Origin: an uncultured Chryseobacterium sp.
GTDB taxonomy: Bacteria; Bacteroidota; Bacteroidia; Flavobacteriales_D; Sanyastnellaceae
Assembly: GCA_964576575.1 (NCBI GenBank)
Contig: CAZNVU010000001.1
Location: 5,233 to 69,232, forward strand
Reading direction: 5' to 3'
Length of the DNA stretch: 64,000 bases
Positions 47,113-56,311 of the stretch are shown one piece after another (positions within the stretch are counted from its first letter, which is position 1; every line of letters starts with the position of its first letter). The notes beneath the pieces were generated by a model. That model did not search any database, was not told where the DNA came from, and was given only the letters and a program-made list of their open reading frames with translations. Both the position numbers and the translations under genes were made by a program.

Positions 47113-48669
47113 CTATTCCAAAATGATTTTTTCAGTGTGCGTGTATTGATTGGAAACCACTTGAATAAAGTAGACGCCAGGCATTAAATCGCTCAAATCA
47201 ATATTTCCTGACACTACACCACCTGTAACCATTTGTTGTTGTGTTTTACAAACTCTTCCATGCATATCCAAAATGGAAAACTCGGCTTTTCTGTATTGTG
47301 AGCCAAGGCATGTCCATTGAATGCTATTTCGAGTGGGATTGGGATAGAACTGCCAGAAATGAGGTGTTTCAGAGTAGTTTAAGACATTGGTATTGGGGTC
47401 AATGATAATGTTTTCATCGCCAGGCATCCAATATGTATAAAGATAAAATATTACCATCATCTCATCTGTTGTTTCTTCCCCTGCCGTGACCAATTGCGGC
47501 GGGTTTACCGGTTGATTAGGGTTGTTGATGGTGTTGTCATATGTGGCAACAGCCTTAAGTTGAGATTGGGCAGGTAGTTTGACAAGTTGTGTATAGTCAT
47601 AGCCCAATTGCCAATCAAAATCCCATTGTGGTATATCAATCAGAGGAATACTGTCTGTTCCGTCAACGCAAAAACTCCTGATGCTTTTGCCTATCAAATG
47701 CATGTGAGGGAAGATACCGATCAGCGATATATTGATTGGTACATTGTATGTTGCATGGAAGGTCCTTTCTGTATTGGCTGGAATTATCAAAGCTGGTTCA
47801 TCCAATGTGGACGGATCGTGGGTGATGATGGGATTGTACCAAGCTTCTCTGGGATTGCTACTTGTGGAGTGTTTGATGTTAATAGTAGTTTCGTCTTGTT
47901 GACCAACCGAACCAGCAGGGTAATGCATTTCTATCAGATAATATCCATTGGCTTCTGCGCGTATACCAAAACCTTGTGGTAAATTTTGAGGACCTTTTCC
48001 AGGAACCCATGCGTTGATAAAATGAGCGGCCGATGGTAATCCCCCGCCAGTACCATTGGTTTCAAAACCAGGTTCTGTATCCATTGCATCTAGTTCAAGG
48101 CATTCACCGGAGGGGTCATAATATATGACAACGTGGTGAACAATCTCACTATTTCCTGGAATGATTTCTATGCCATCTATGAACTGATCTACTGTATAGT
48201 TGGATGGAATCACAAACGTGCGGTAATAATCTTGTGTAACTGCTTGACTGGTATTAATAGGGGTGGAACCACTAAAGTCAATATGCGACAACTCGGTTTG
48301 ATTATTGTACACTGGTGGTGCAGGAGCCAATGCCAGATCTCCGTGCGGTGCACCACTCATTACCCAATTTTCTATTGTACTTTTTTCAGTTTCTGTAAGA
48401 ACGTTTTCATTAATGAAATGACGATAGTTTGGGTTAGCTGGCCATGGCGGCATATAGTCGTCCATGATCGCGCTTAGAATAGACGCTGCGTTGTTGGAAG
48501 CTTCATCTGCAGTCATAAAACTAGAAGGACCTATCCCGCCTGGATGGTGGCACTTGGTGCAATGGTCAAACAAAATTGGGGCAACGTTTTCAGCCCAGTT
48601 CATTTGTCCATGCAGCAAGAATACTTGCATACTGAAAATGGCAACGATAAAGAAGTTTTTGATTTTCAT
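47113..48669 (-). CDS. Secreted protein with an N-terminal CxxCH motif, a PHM/DBH-like copper monooxygenase ligand set and a T9SS C-terminal sorting domain
   Basis: A signal peptide is present. The heme motif is C37-T-K-C40-H41. Candidate copper ligands are H178-H179, H249, H322-x-H324 and M404/M405. The CTD reads FYPNPT...LDMHGRV...GVYFIQV. Confidence 0.65.
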   Translation of the reverse strand: MKIKNFFIVAIFSMQVFLLHGQMNWAENVAPILFDHCTKCHHPGGIGPSSFMTADEASNNAASILSAIMDDYMPPWPANPNYRHFINENVLTETEKSTIENWVMSGAPHGDLALAPAPPVYNNQTELSHIDFSGSTPINTSQAVTQDYYRTFVIPSNYTVDQFIDGIEIIPGNSEIVHHVVIYYDPSGECLELDAMDTEPGFETNGTGGGLPSAAHFINAWVPGKGPQNLPQGFGIRAEANGYYLIEMHYPAGSVGQQDETTINIKHSTSSNPREAWYNPIITHDPSTLDEPALIIPANTERTFHATYNVPINISLIGIFPHMHLIGKSIRSFCVDGTDSIPLIDIPQWDFDWQLGYDYTQLVKLPAQSQLKAVATYDNTINNPNQPVNPPQLVTAGEETTDEMMVIFYLYTYWMPGDENIIIDPNTNVLNYSETPHFWQFYPNPTRNSIQWTCLGSQYRKAEFSILDMHGRVCKTQQQMVTGGVVSGNIDLSDLMPGVYFIQVVSNQYTHTEKIILE

Positions 48670-48698
48670 ATCGGTTCTTAGTTGTTGGGTAGTTCAAT

Positions 48699-48989
48699 TT
48701 ACCAAAAAAGTTTTCTATACCAAGGAATACGATTTGGAGATCCGTGACTTTTGGATTTTTTGAGGCTTTCTTTCATTCGCTTCTTAGTAGCCTTGTCTTG
48801 AATTTCGTTGTGGTGATTTTTTTTGGTTTCATATTCTTCCCACTTCCGATTTTTATTTTCTGCACTTTTATTGGCGCCATCAGCAGGAGTTACCACATTG
48901 TCTTGTTTTGGCGGCCTTTTTTGAGCCATGCAAACAGATCCAGCAGCAATGAAAGTGAATAGAAAGAATATTTTGAAAACGTTTTTCAT
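48699..48989 (-). CDS. Small secreted, very basic (Lys-rich) protein of unknown function
   Basis: It has a signal peptide MKNVFKIFFLFTFIAAGSVCMAQ followed by a K/E/N-rich sequence. Its ATG overlaps the upstream stop (ATGA). Confidence 0.5.
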   Translation of the reverse strand: MKNVFKIFFLFTFIAAGSVCMAQKRPPKQDNVVTPADGANKSAENKNRKWEEYETKKNHHNEIQDKATKKRMKESLKKSKSHGSPNRIPWYRKLFW

Positions 48990-49849
48990 CTAAATTGATA
49001 TTCGTATTTGTGTATCGTTATGGCTTGACTAGCGATGTCCTGGTGCAAGATAGCTTTTATCATTGAGGCTTGATTGTACAACACTTCATATTCTTCAACA
49101 GGCTGATTGTTAATGCTGTGCTTGGCAAAAATCACATTGCCTTTGTTGTCATAAGTAAATGAGACTTCCTCTTTTTCAATGGATTTGTTATCTGTTTGGA
49201 TGGTTTTGGATACCCATCCTTTTTCATTGTATTCATACAAGGTGGTGATTTCACGTTGACTGACGAAAAAATTTTCTATTTCCTTGAGTAAGAAACCTTG
49301 ATCATTTTTAATGGTAGTAAAAGAGCTGTAGGACAAGCCGTAGTTATTGATATTGTTTCTAACGATAACATTTGGTTGAGGAAAACTGTACTCATAGGTT
49401 GTACTTTCAACCAATATTTCTCTGCTGGTTTCTCCCTGTAAATGAAGTACCTGCTTGATATCCTCTCGGGTAATTTTTCCATTGTTATCATAGGACATCT
49501 GAGTGATGGTGGTTTCAGTCTTTTTGTTTTGCTCAATGCTAAACAATTGCCCAATATCGTTTCGGTTGAATAATATGGAGCTGCTATCTTGGAAAGATGT
49601 TCCTTGCGTTGTGAGCATTTTCTTTTCTAAAATTCCAGTAGAATTGAAGAACATTATCTCTTTCCATTCCGTCTCATTGATGGGTCGGCCTGGTAGTTTT
49701 ATCTGTTTGATGGCTGTTATTGATGCAATTTTATTTTCCCAAATAAATGATCTATTAAATAAAAAAGCATTGTCAAATGCCTTTCCTTCTTTGTTATTCA
49801 GCATTTGTGTCCATCCTTTGCCAGCAATTAATCCTAGCAGGATAAACAT
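48986..49849 (-). CDS. Hypothetical exported protein with YD-repeat-like motifs
   Basis: The ATG at 49849 shares 1 nt with the upstream TAA, so the track start at 49930 is rejected. Motifs are MSYDNNGKIT, LYEYNEKGWV and FTYDNKGNVI. Confidence 0.55.
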   Translation of the reverse strand: MFILLGLIAGKGWTQMLNNKEGKAFDNAFLFNRSFIWENKIASITAIKQIKLPGRPINETEWKEIMFFNSTGILEKKMLTTQGTSFQDSSSILFNRNDIGQLFSIEQNKKTETTITQMSYDNNGKITREDIKQVLHLQGETSREILVESTTYEYSFPQPNVIVRNNINNYGLSYSSFTTIKNDQGFLLKEIENFFVSQREITTLYEYNEKGWVSKTIQTDNKSIEKEEVSFTYDNKGNVIFAKHSINNQPVEEYEVLYNQASMIKAILHQDIASQAITIHKYEYQFR

Positions 49850-51753
49850 TATACAATTTCGGAAGAATGGAGTACAGGAGGATAGCATGTAGCTAATGTA
49901 CAAAGAGAATATTGGGTTTTGGGATGCCATTTTCCTTGCAGAAACGGATTTTCTACATTTTTATGCAATGCAATGGTTTTATGCAGCCATTTTTTATTTT
50001 GAATCCAATCTGTTTCTGGTAGACAGGCAACTATTATTCCGGCGCTGCCATCCATCAATTGCAGTAGGTAATTCCAATGCGCATAATAGCCTATTTGATT
50101 GACATCTTGCCCCATACATTGTACCATGCGGATGCACTGTTCATGGTACTGGATGTCTCCGGTTATGATACTGAGCCAATACATGTTCTCTGCCCAAATG
50201 GCGTTACTAGATGGAATAACATTGTCTTGTATTTCAACAATCTTTGCCAATAAATTTTCTTCGGCATTCAGGGCATAGAGTGATGACGTTTGCTGAAAAA
50301 TATTGGCCTGATCATGAATCTCAATGGCTTCTTGGATGTATTTCCAATCCGTTGTTTTTAAGAACAATTCAATGCAAGCTTTCTGAACCCACGCGAGTGT
50401 ATCAAATAGCAATGGTTCGATTGTCTTTTCTCCTTCTTTTCCTTGAATCCATTGCCCATTGATTTTGAGGTGCCGCTCCATTGCGACATACAAATCTTCT
50501 GCATTTCTCATCCAATCGGCAAATACTGCGCTGCCGTGACAATATCCAATAACGGTTTGCGCATTCCAAGCTGTGATTACTTTGTGATCGGTTATGGGTT
50601 TTGTCTTATCAGCTCTGATTTGCTGAAGTGCCAATTGCACGTTTTTCCATGCTTCATCCTTCAAAGAAAAGGATGCTTTGGCGCTGAGGACAATCTTCCC
50701 TTCTTCCCAATAGCTATGATGCGCAAAATCAAAAACTGATTCCCAATAGTTGTCTTTATTACCAAAAACTTTTTTGATTTCGTCAGATTGGAAAACGTAG
50801 TATTTTCCTTCCTCACCCTCGCTGTCAGCATCCATGGTACTGGATATTAAACCTGAAGATTGTTTCATCTCATTGTTTATCCAGTGATGAATCCCTAGCA
50901 GAACCTCATCATATTCTTGATTTGGAAATATCAAATGCGCCTGAGCGTATACAGAAAGCAATTGTGCATTATCAAAGAGCATTTTTTCAAAGTGCGGAAC
51001 ATGCCATCGGTGATCGATACTGTATCGAGATATACCACCTTCAATCAAATCATGAATCCCACCAAATTTGATTTTGTCTAAAGTCAATTGACACCATCGC
51101 AGAGATGCTTTGTGTTGTTGATGAACTCCATATTGTAAGACAGACTCAATCAATGGAGGCATTGGAAATTTAGGATAGCCTGCCGTTCCACCCCATTCAA
51201 AATCCAATTCAGCAATAAAACCTTGAATGCTATCGTGATCAAGTTCAGGAGTTGATTGAGCTTGAAGTTTTGCTGTAAATTGATTTAATGCCTGTTTCAT
51301 TTCATCAGCAAAAGAGTCCAGTGTTTCTTTGCGCGTTTGAAACAAATGATGCAATTCAGAGAGAATTTGAAGCCATTTTTTTTTGGGGAAATAAGTCCCT
51401 CCAAAAATGGGTGTTCCGTCAGGTAAGCAGATACAGTTGAGCGGCCATCCACCTGGCTTTCCCATCAGGTGCAGAGCATTCATGTACATCTGATCAATGT
51501 CTGGTCGGCTTTCGCGATCTACCTTGATGCTTATAAAATGTTCATTGGTATAAACAGCAACTTCATTGTTCTCAAAACATTCCTTTTCCATCACATGACA
51601 CCAGTGACATGAGCTGTATCCAATGCTTACGATGACTAATTTATTCTCTTCAATGGCTCTGGTCCATTGAAGAGAACTCCATTCCTTCCAATGAATGGGA
51701 TTGCTCCCGTGTTGCCTCAGGTATAAGTTGGGATGTTCACGGAGCTCGTTCAT
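49849..51753 (-). CDS. Thioredoxin-domain protein of the DUF255/YyaL type (thioredoxin fold plus alpha/alpha-barrel)
   Basis: It has the CHWCH motif (SSCHWCHVMEKE) and a long alpha-helical C-terminal part. The track start at 51762 is TTG, and ATG at 51753 is preferred. Confidence 0.75.
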   Translation of the reverse strand: MNELREHPNLYLRQHGSNPIHWKEWSSLQWTRAIEENKLVIVSIGYSSCHWCHVMEKECFENNEVAVYTNEHFISIKVDRESRPDIDQMYMNALHLMGKPGGWPLNCICLPDGTPIFGGTYFPKKKWLQILSELHHLFQTRKETLDSFADEMKQALNQFTAKLQAQSTPELDHDSIQGFIAELDFEWGGTAGYPKFPMPPLIESVLQYGVHQQHKASLRWCQLTLDKIKFGGIHDLIEGGISRYSIDHRWHVPHFEKMLFDNAQLLSVYAQAHLIFPNQEYDEVLLGIHHWINNEMKQSSGLISSTMDADSEGEEGKYYVFQSDEIKKVFGNKDNYWESVFDFAHHSYWEEGKIVLSAKASFSLKDEAWKNVQLALQQIRADKTKPITDHKVITAWNAQTVIGYCHGSAVFADWMRNAEDLYVAMERHLKINGQWIQGKEGEKTIEPLLFDTLAWVQKACIELFLKTTDWKYIQEAIEIHDQANIFQQTSSLYALNAEENLLAKIVEIQDNVIPSSNAIWAENMYWLSIITGDIQYHEQCIRMVQCMGQDVNQIGYYAHWNYLLQLMDGSAGIIVACLPETDWIQNKKWLHKTIALHKNVENPFLQGKWHPKTQYSLCTLATCYPPVLHSSEIV

Positions 51754-51754
51754 A

Positions 51755-53029
51755 TTAAACAAACAATGGTCTATCTGACATCAATTTATGGACCTTATTG
51801 GCCACTTCTTTCTGCGCAGATTCGTTGTCTTTCATAACAATCGCTTCATCAATCAAGCTAGCGATAATTTTCATATCACCTTCAATCAATCCGCGTGTTG
51901 TGATTGCCGGGGTTCCTAGACGAATTCCAGATGTAACCATTGGAGATTGCGTGTCGCCAGGCACCATGTTTTTGTTGGCAGTAATGTGCACCTTTCCTAA
52001 TACAGCATCTGCTTCTTTTCCTGTGATGTTTTTACTTCTCAAGTCAATCAGCATGCAATGGTTGTCTGTCCCACCACTAACAATATTGTATCCAAGTTCA
52101 ACCAATGACTGTGCAAGCACCTGTGCATTGGCTTTAACTTGTTTTCCATAAGTTGTAAATGAATCTTGTAATGCTTCTCCAAAGGCGATGGCCTTTGCAG
52201 CAATGACATGTTCCAATGGTCCACCTTGCATCCCAGGGAAAACGCCGCTGTCGAGCAATCCACTTAACGAACGCAACTCCCCTTTGTTGTTTTTAATGCC
52301 AACAGGGTTTGGACCGTCTTGAGCGGTCATGATGATACCACCGCGTGGGCCTCTGAGTGTTTTGTGGGTTGTTGATGTTACAACATGGCAATGCGGCATG
52401 GGGTTATTAAGAAGACCTTTAGCAATGAGGCCTGAGGGATGAGAAATGTCTGCGAGTAGGATGGCTCCAACTTCATCAGCAACGGCTCTGAAAGCAGCAT
52501 AATCCCAATCTCGGCTGTATGCAGATGCACCAACAATCAACATTTTGGGCTGAACTTCTAAGGCCCTTTTTCTAACGGTTTCCATATTCACTCTTCCTGT
52601 ATCTGGATCAACACCATAGAAGTGCGCTTGGTATAATTTTCCTGAATAGTTAACTGGCGATCCATGGGTCAAATGACCACCTTGCGACAAATCTAAACCT
52701 AGGATTTTATCTCCCGGTTTTAACAAGGCCAGCATTACGGCACTATTGGCATTGGCTCCACTGTGGGGCTGAACATTGGCCCATTGTGCACCAAACAATT
52801 GTTTCAAACGGTCTATGGCCAATTGCTCTATCTCGTCTACCACTTCACATCCTCCATAGTAGCGCTTATTGGGTAATCCTTCAGCATATTTGTTGGTCAG
52901 GATACTACCTGCTGCTTCAAGGACGGCATCAGAAACATAGTTCTCTGAAGCAATCAATTCAATGCCGTTGGTTTGTCTTGTTCTTTCTTTTTCAATCAAA
53001 GAAAAGACGATGTCTTTGTTCTTACTCAT
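51755..53029 (-). CDS. glyA: Serine hydroxymethyltransferase
   Basis: It has the LIASENY and GGHLTHG motifs and the [12 protein letters not shown] motif with the PLP lysine. Confidence 0.95.
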   Translation of the reverse strand: MSKNKDIVFSLIEKERTRQTNGIELIASENYVSDAVLEAAGSILTNKYAEGLPNKRYYGGCEVVDEIEQLAIDRLKQLFGAQWANVQPHSGANANSAVMLALLKPGDKILGLDLSQGGHLTHGSPVNYSGKLYQAHFYGVDPDTGRVNMETVRKRALEVQPKMLIVGASAYSRDWDYAAFRAVADEVGAILLADISHPSGLIAKGLLNNPMPHCHVVTSTTHKTLRGPRGGIIMTAQDGPNPVGIKNNKGELRSLSGLLDSGVFPGMQGGPLEHVIAAKAIAFGEALQDSFTTYGKQVKANAQVLAQSLVELGYNIVSGGTDNHCMLIDLRSKNITGKEADAVLGKVHITANKNMVPGDTQSPMVTSGIRLGTPAITTRGLIEGDMKIIASLIDEAIVMKDNESAQKEVANKVHKLMSDRPLFV

Positions 53030-53030
53030 T

Positions 53031-54536
53031 TTAAAAATCTTTGCGTTGTGGTCTTAATCTTGGCCACCAAACAAATGTCTTAAGTTTGGTGGGTTCTTCT
53101 TTGCTTTTTTCCATCGGAATGAGAAAAGAATCTGGTTCGTTTATGAGTTTGATTCTCTTGATTTTCCTTTCATTAACATATACGCTGATGTTGCTGCATT
53201 GCGCCTTATTGAGCCCTACTGGGATGGTGTCAGTTTCCTTTTCCAATGGGAAATAAATGAGCTCGCCATTGCCTCTAACATCAATGCGATCTAAATTACC
53301 ATCCACAAAAAATGCTTCAATATTTCGCCCACTGATTTGGTCAAAATAGACTGAGTCACTTTCAAAAGTTTGTCCTACAATAAAGCTGTTTTTCACGACA
53401 TGAAAGCGGTAGGGTGATTTGTATTTTAAAACCATATACATGCTATCCCCTGTGATTTGTCTAGAATCACTCCAAAGTATCGGGGCCTTGTAGAAGTGGA
53501 TGGTGCTATCTGATGCCTGAAAAACCAGCGAGTCACATTTGGCTTGAAAATCTTGCGCGTAAATGTTGGCATGATGAAAAGCTTTGACCAAATCACCTTG
53601 AACGGAATCATTTTTCATCCAAAGTGTATCTGACCTGACAAATAGTGTATCATCTTCTAGCAATTCATGGTAGATGGGTTGCTCACTCATCCATTGAACT
53701 TTATCATAGTCATGGTATTCACCGTATCCACCTGTAATCCACTTTCCATCTATGCTGTCTGCAATGAATACATTTCCGATAAATTTTCCCCACCCTTCCT
53801 TGCCATGTCCAATAAGCGTGTCGGCAATAATTATTTGACTGTCATGTATAGATTTTGGTCTCTGATACAACTCTGTATAATCATCTGTGCTCCGGTAAAA
53901 TCCGTTTTTACAATACAGCTTTTCATTATCAGAGCTGATTTTGGTGTCGGTAATGATATAGGCCGTTTCGGTGTTGTTGTCGTAGTCGAGTTTTTCTGTT
54001 GTAAGCGTGTAGGCGCCGTGGATGAGCTTTACCTTTTTCTCAAAATGTGATTTGTTGAGCTCGGTATTGTAATTTCCTGTAATACTTGTGAGAAGGTTTT
54101 CTTTGTTATTGGATACAATTTTTCCACCTGAGAAATAGGTAGCATCTTTGGTCTCCATGTTGTAAACCATGAGTGGTGCTGTGAGTGTCATTTGGTTGTC
54201 CACCAATTTTGCATCACCTTCCAACCGGGCAGTATTGGTTTCATTGGTATACCGAAGTGATTTACCGGTTAAGGTATAGTCTCCAGGCTTGACAATCCTA
54301 ATTTTTCCAAAGGCTTCAAAGTCTCTATTTTCAAACCAATACGCGCTATCGCAATATAGATGTGTTCCTTGCCTTTCAAAATGCACATTTCCAATGACAC
54401 GCTGTGCATCTACTAACTTTTTTGAATAAAAGATATTATCTGAATAGATCAACTGTATTTTGTCCTGTGCTTGGAGCCCTACAATCATGGATTGCAAGAG
54501 CACAATCATCCAGTAGCACAGGATTTTCTTGGTCAT
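53031..54536 (-). CDS. OstA-like (LptA/LptD N-terminal-like) repeat protein
   Basis: It has a signal peptide and repeated beta-jellyroll-like segments of the pattern L.AD...Y......F.GNV. Confidence 0.55.
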   Translation of the reverse strand: MTKKILCYWMIVLLQSMIVGLQAQDKIQLIYSDNIFYSKKLVDAQRVIGNVHFERQGTHLYCDSAYWFENRDFEAFGKIRIVKPGDYTLTGKSLRYTNETNTARLEGDAKLVDNQMTLTAPLMVYNMETKDATYFSGGKIVSNNKENLLTSITGNYNTELNKSHFEKKVKLIHGAYTLTTEKLDYDNNTETAYIITDTKISSDNEKLYCKNGFYRSTDDYTELYQRPKSIHDSQIIIADTLIGHGKEGWGKFIGNVFIADSIDGKWITGGYGEYHDYDKVQWMSEQPIYHELLEDDTLFVRSDTLWMKNDSVQGDLVKAFHHANIYAQDFQAKCDSLVFQASDSTIHFYKAPILWSDSRQITGDSMYMVLKYKSPYRFHVVKNSFIVGQTFESDSVYFDQISGRNIEAFFVDGNLDRIDVRGNGELIYFPLEKETDTIPVGLNKAQCSNISVYVNERKIKRIKLINEPDSFLIPMEKSKEEPTKLKTFVWWPRLRPQRKDF

Positions 54537-55804
54537 CGCATAGAAATGGTTTGCGTTCTATCAGGGCCAACGGATACAATGGTTATAGGGATGCCTACAG
54601 CATCTGAAATAAACTTGATGTAGTCATTTAGTTCAATAGGAAATTGATCGGGATGATTGATTTGAGTCAGGTCTGCTTTCCAACCTTTAACAGACGAATA
54701 AACGGGCTCTAAATTCTCCGTTGCATTATAGGGCAAATAATCAATCACTTCATTTTTCCATCGGTAGTGCGTGCAAATTTTGATTTCATCGAAAATACTG
54801 AGAACATCGGCTTTCATCATAAATAACTCCGTTACACCATTTATCATGCAGGCGTATTTTAATGCTGGAATATCCAACCAACCACATCTTCTTGGCCTTC
54901 CAGTTGTGGAGCCAAATTCATGACCTTCCTTTCTCATGCGCTCTCCCACTTCATCATGAAGCTCTGTTGGAAAAGGACCAGAACCCACACGGGTGCAATA
55001 CGCCTTGAAAATTCCAAAGACATCACCGATTTTATTGGGTGCAATACCCAATCCTGTGCAGGCACCTGCTGTCACAGTATTGCTAGAGGTCACAAAAGGA
55101 TATGAACCAAAGTCAATGTCTAAAAGTGAGCCTTGCGCGCCTTCAGCCAATACCTTTTTCCCTTGGCTTAGGGCGTTATTGATGTAATGCTCACTGTCAA
55201 TGATGGTCATTGCCTTTAGGAAAGCAACGCTTTGCATCCATTGATTTTCCATCTCTGTCAATTCATACTCAAAAGTGTATTGACTGAGAATCTTGAGATG
55301 TTTCTCTTTGAGCTCGTTGTATTTCTGAACAAAATTTTCTTCCAAAATATCGCCCACACGCAATCCATTTCTCCCGGTCTTGTCCATGTATGTAGGCCCT
55401 ATTCCTTTTAATGTAGATCCTATTTTCGCAGCCCCTTTTGCGGCTTCAGAAGCTGCGTCTAGAATGCGGTGAGTGGGTAAAATGAGATGTGCTTTTTTTG
55501 AAATCAAAAGTCTTTCTTGAAACGGGACGCCATTTTCTTGAAGTTTTTCAATTTCTTTCTGAAAGATGATTGGGTCAATAACAACGCCATTTCCAATGAC
55601 ATTGATTACGTTTCCGTGAAAAATACCTGAAGGAATGGTGTGTAGTACGTGCTTTTTTCCGTCAAAAATCAGGGTGTGACCAGCGTTGGGACCACCCTGG
55701 AATCTGGCTATTATGTCGTATTGTGGAGTTAGTACATCTACTATTTTCCCTTTTCCTTCATCTCCCCATTGTAAACCGAGAAGAACCGCAGTTTTATTGA
55801 TCAT
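54533..55804 (-). CDS. purA: Adenylosuccinate synthase
   Basis: It has the LGLQWGDEGKGK, GPNAGH, GIGPTY and STTGRPRRCGW motifs. ATG at 55804 is preferred over the TTG at 55822. Confidence 0.95.
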   Translation of the reverse strand: MINKTAVLLGLQWGDEGKGKIVDVLTPQYDIIARFQGGPNAGHTLIFDGKKHVLHTIPSGIFHGNVINVIGNGVVIDPIIFQKEIEKLQENGVPFQERLLISKKAHLILPTHRILDAASEAAKGAAKIGSTLKGIGPTYMDKTGRNGLRVGDILEENFVQKYNELKEKHLKILSQYTFEYELTEMENQWMQSVAFLKAMTIIDSEHYINNALSQGKKVLAEGAQGSLLDIDFGSYPFVTSSNTVTAGACTGLGIAPNKIGDVFGIFKAYCTRVGSGPFPTELHDEVGERMRKEGHEFGSTTGRPRRCGWLDIPALKYACMINGVTELFMMKADVLSIFDEIKICTHYRWKNEVIDYLPYNATENLEPVYSSVKGWKADLTQINHPDQFPIELNDYIKFISDAVGIPITIVSVGPDRTQTISMR

Positions 55805-55852
55805 ACTATTGGTAAAGCGCAAAAATAATGGTAAAATGGGGTGAATAGAAAA

Positions 55853-56290
55853 CTATTTTGAATTGGGTCGTTTTCCGTAAAAATTTAGACTATGGTGTTG
55901 AATTTCAACACCAAAAAGCTCTTCTAAAGTTTTTTTGATTTGATGAATACGTGGGTCGCAGAATTCAATGACCTCGCCGGTATCCATCAATACTATGTGA
56001 TCATGCTGCTGATTTTGAAAGGCTTTCTCAAAATGAGCTGTGTTTTGACCAAATTGATTTTTTCTAACCAACTGACAATTCATCAATAGTTCAATGGTAT
56101 TGTACAGGGTAGCCCTTGAAACGCGGTACTTCTGTAACTTCATTTGGTTGTACAATTGCTCAATATCAAAATGTCCAGAAAGGTTGTAAATTTCTTTAAG
56201 AATAGCAAAGCGCTCGGGTGTTTTACGGTGCCCGTTTTTTTCCAAGTACTCCTTGAACAGTAGCTTTACTTTTTCTTGCAAATCTTCCAT
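55853..56290 (-). CDS. fur: Fur-family transcriptional regulator
   Basis: It has a winged-helix N-terminus ([13 protein letters not shown]...[12 protein letters not shown]) and the HDH motif. ATG at 56290 is preferred over the TTG at 56296. Confidence 0.8.
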   Translation of the reverse strand: MEDLQEKVKLLFKEYLEKNGHRKTPERFAILKEIYNLSGHFDIEQLYNQMKLQKYRVSRATLYNTIELLMNCQLVRKNQFGQNTAHFEKAFQNQQHDHIVLMDTGEVIEFCDPRIHQIKKTLEELFGVEIQHHSLNFYGKRPNSK

Positions 56291-56311
56291 GGACAAAGCA
56301 AAGATACTATT

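Noticed and set aside
49850-49930. N-terminal extensions in the track at 49930, and similarly at 45533, 9735, 51762, 55822, 56296, 40811, 10707 and 5143
   Set aside because: Each uses an upstream alternative start (TTG where I checked the codon) or reaches into the neighbouring gene. A nearby ATG gives a conventional N-terminus or signal peptide, so the starts were trimmed accordingly.
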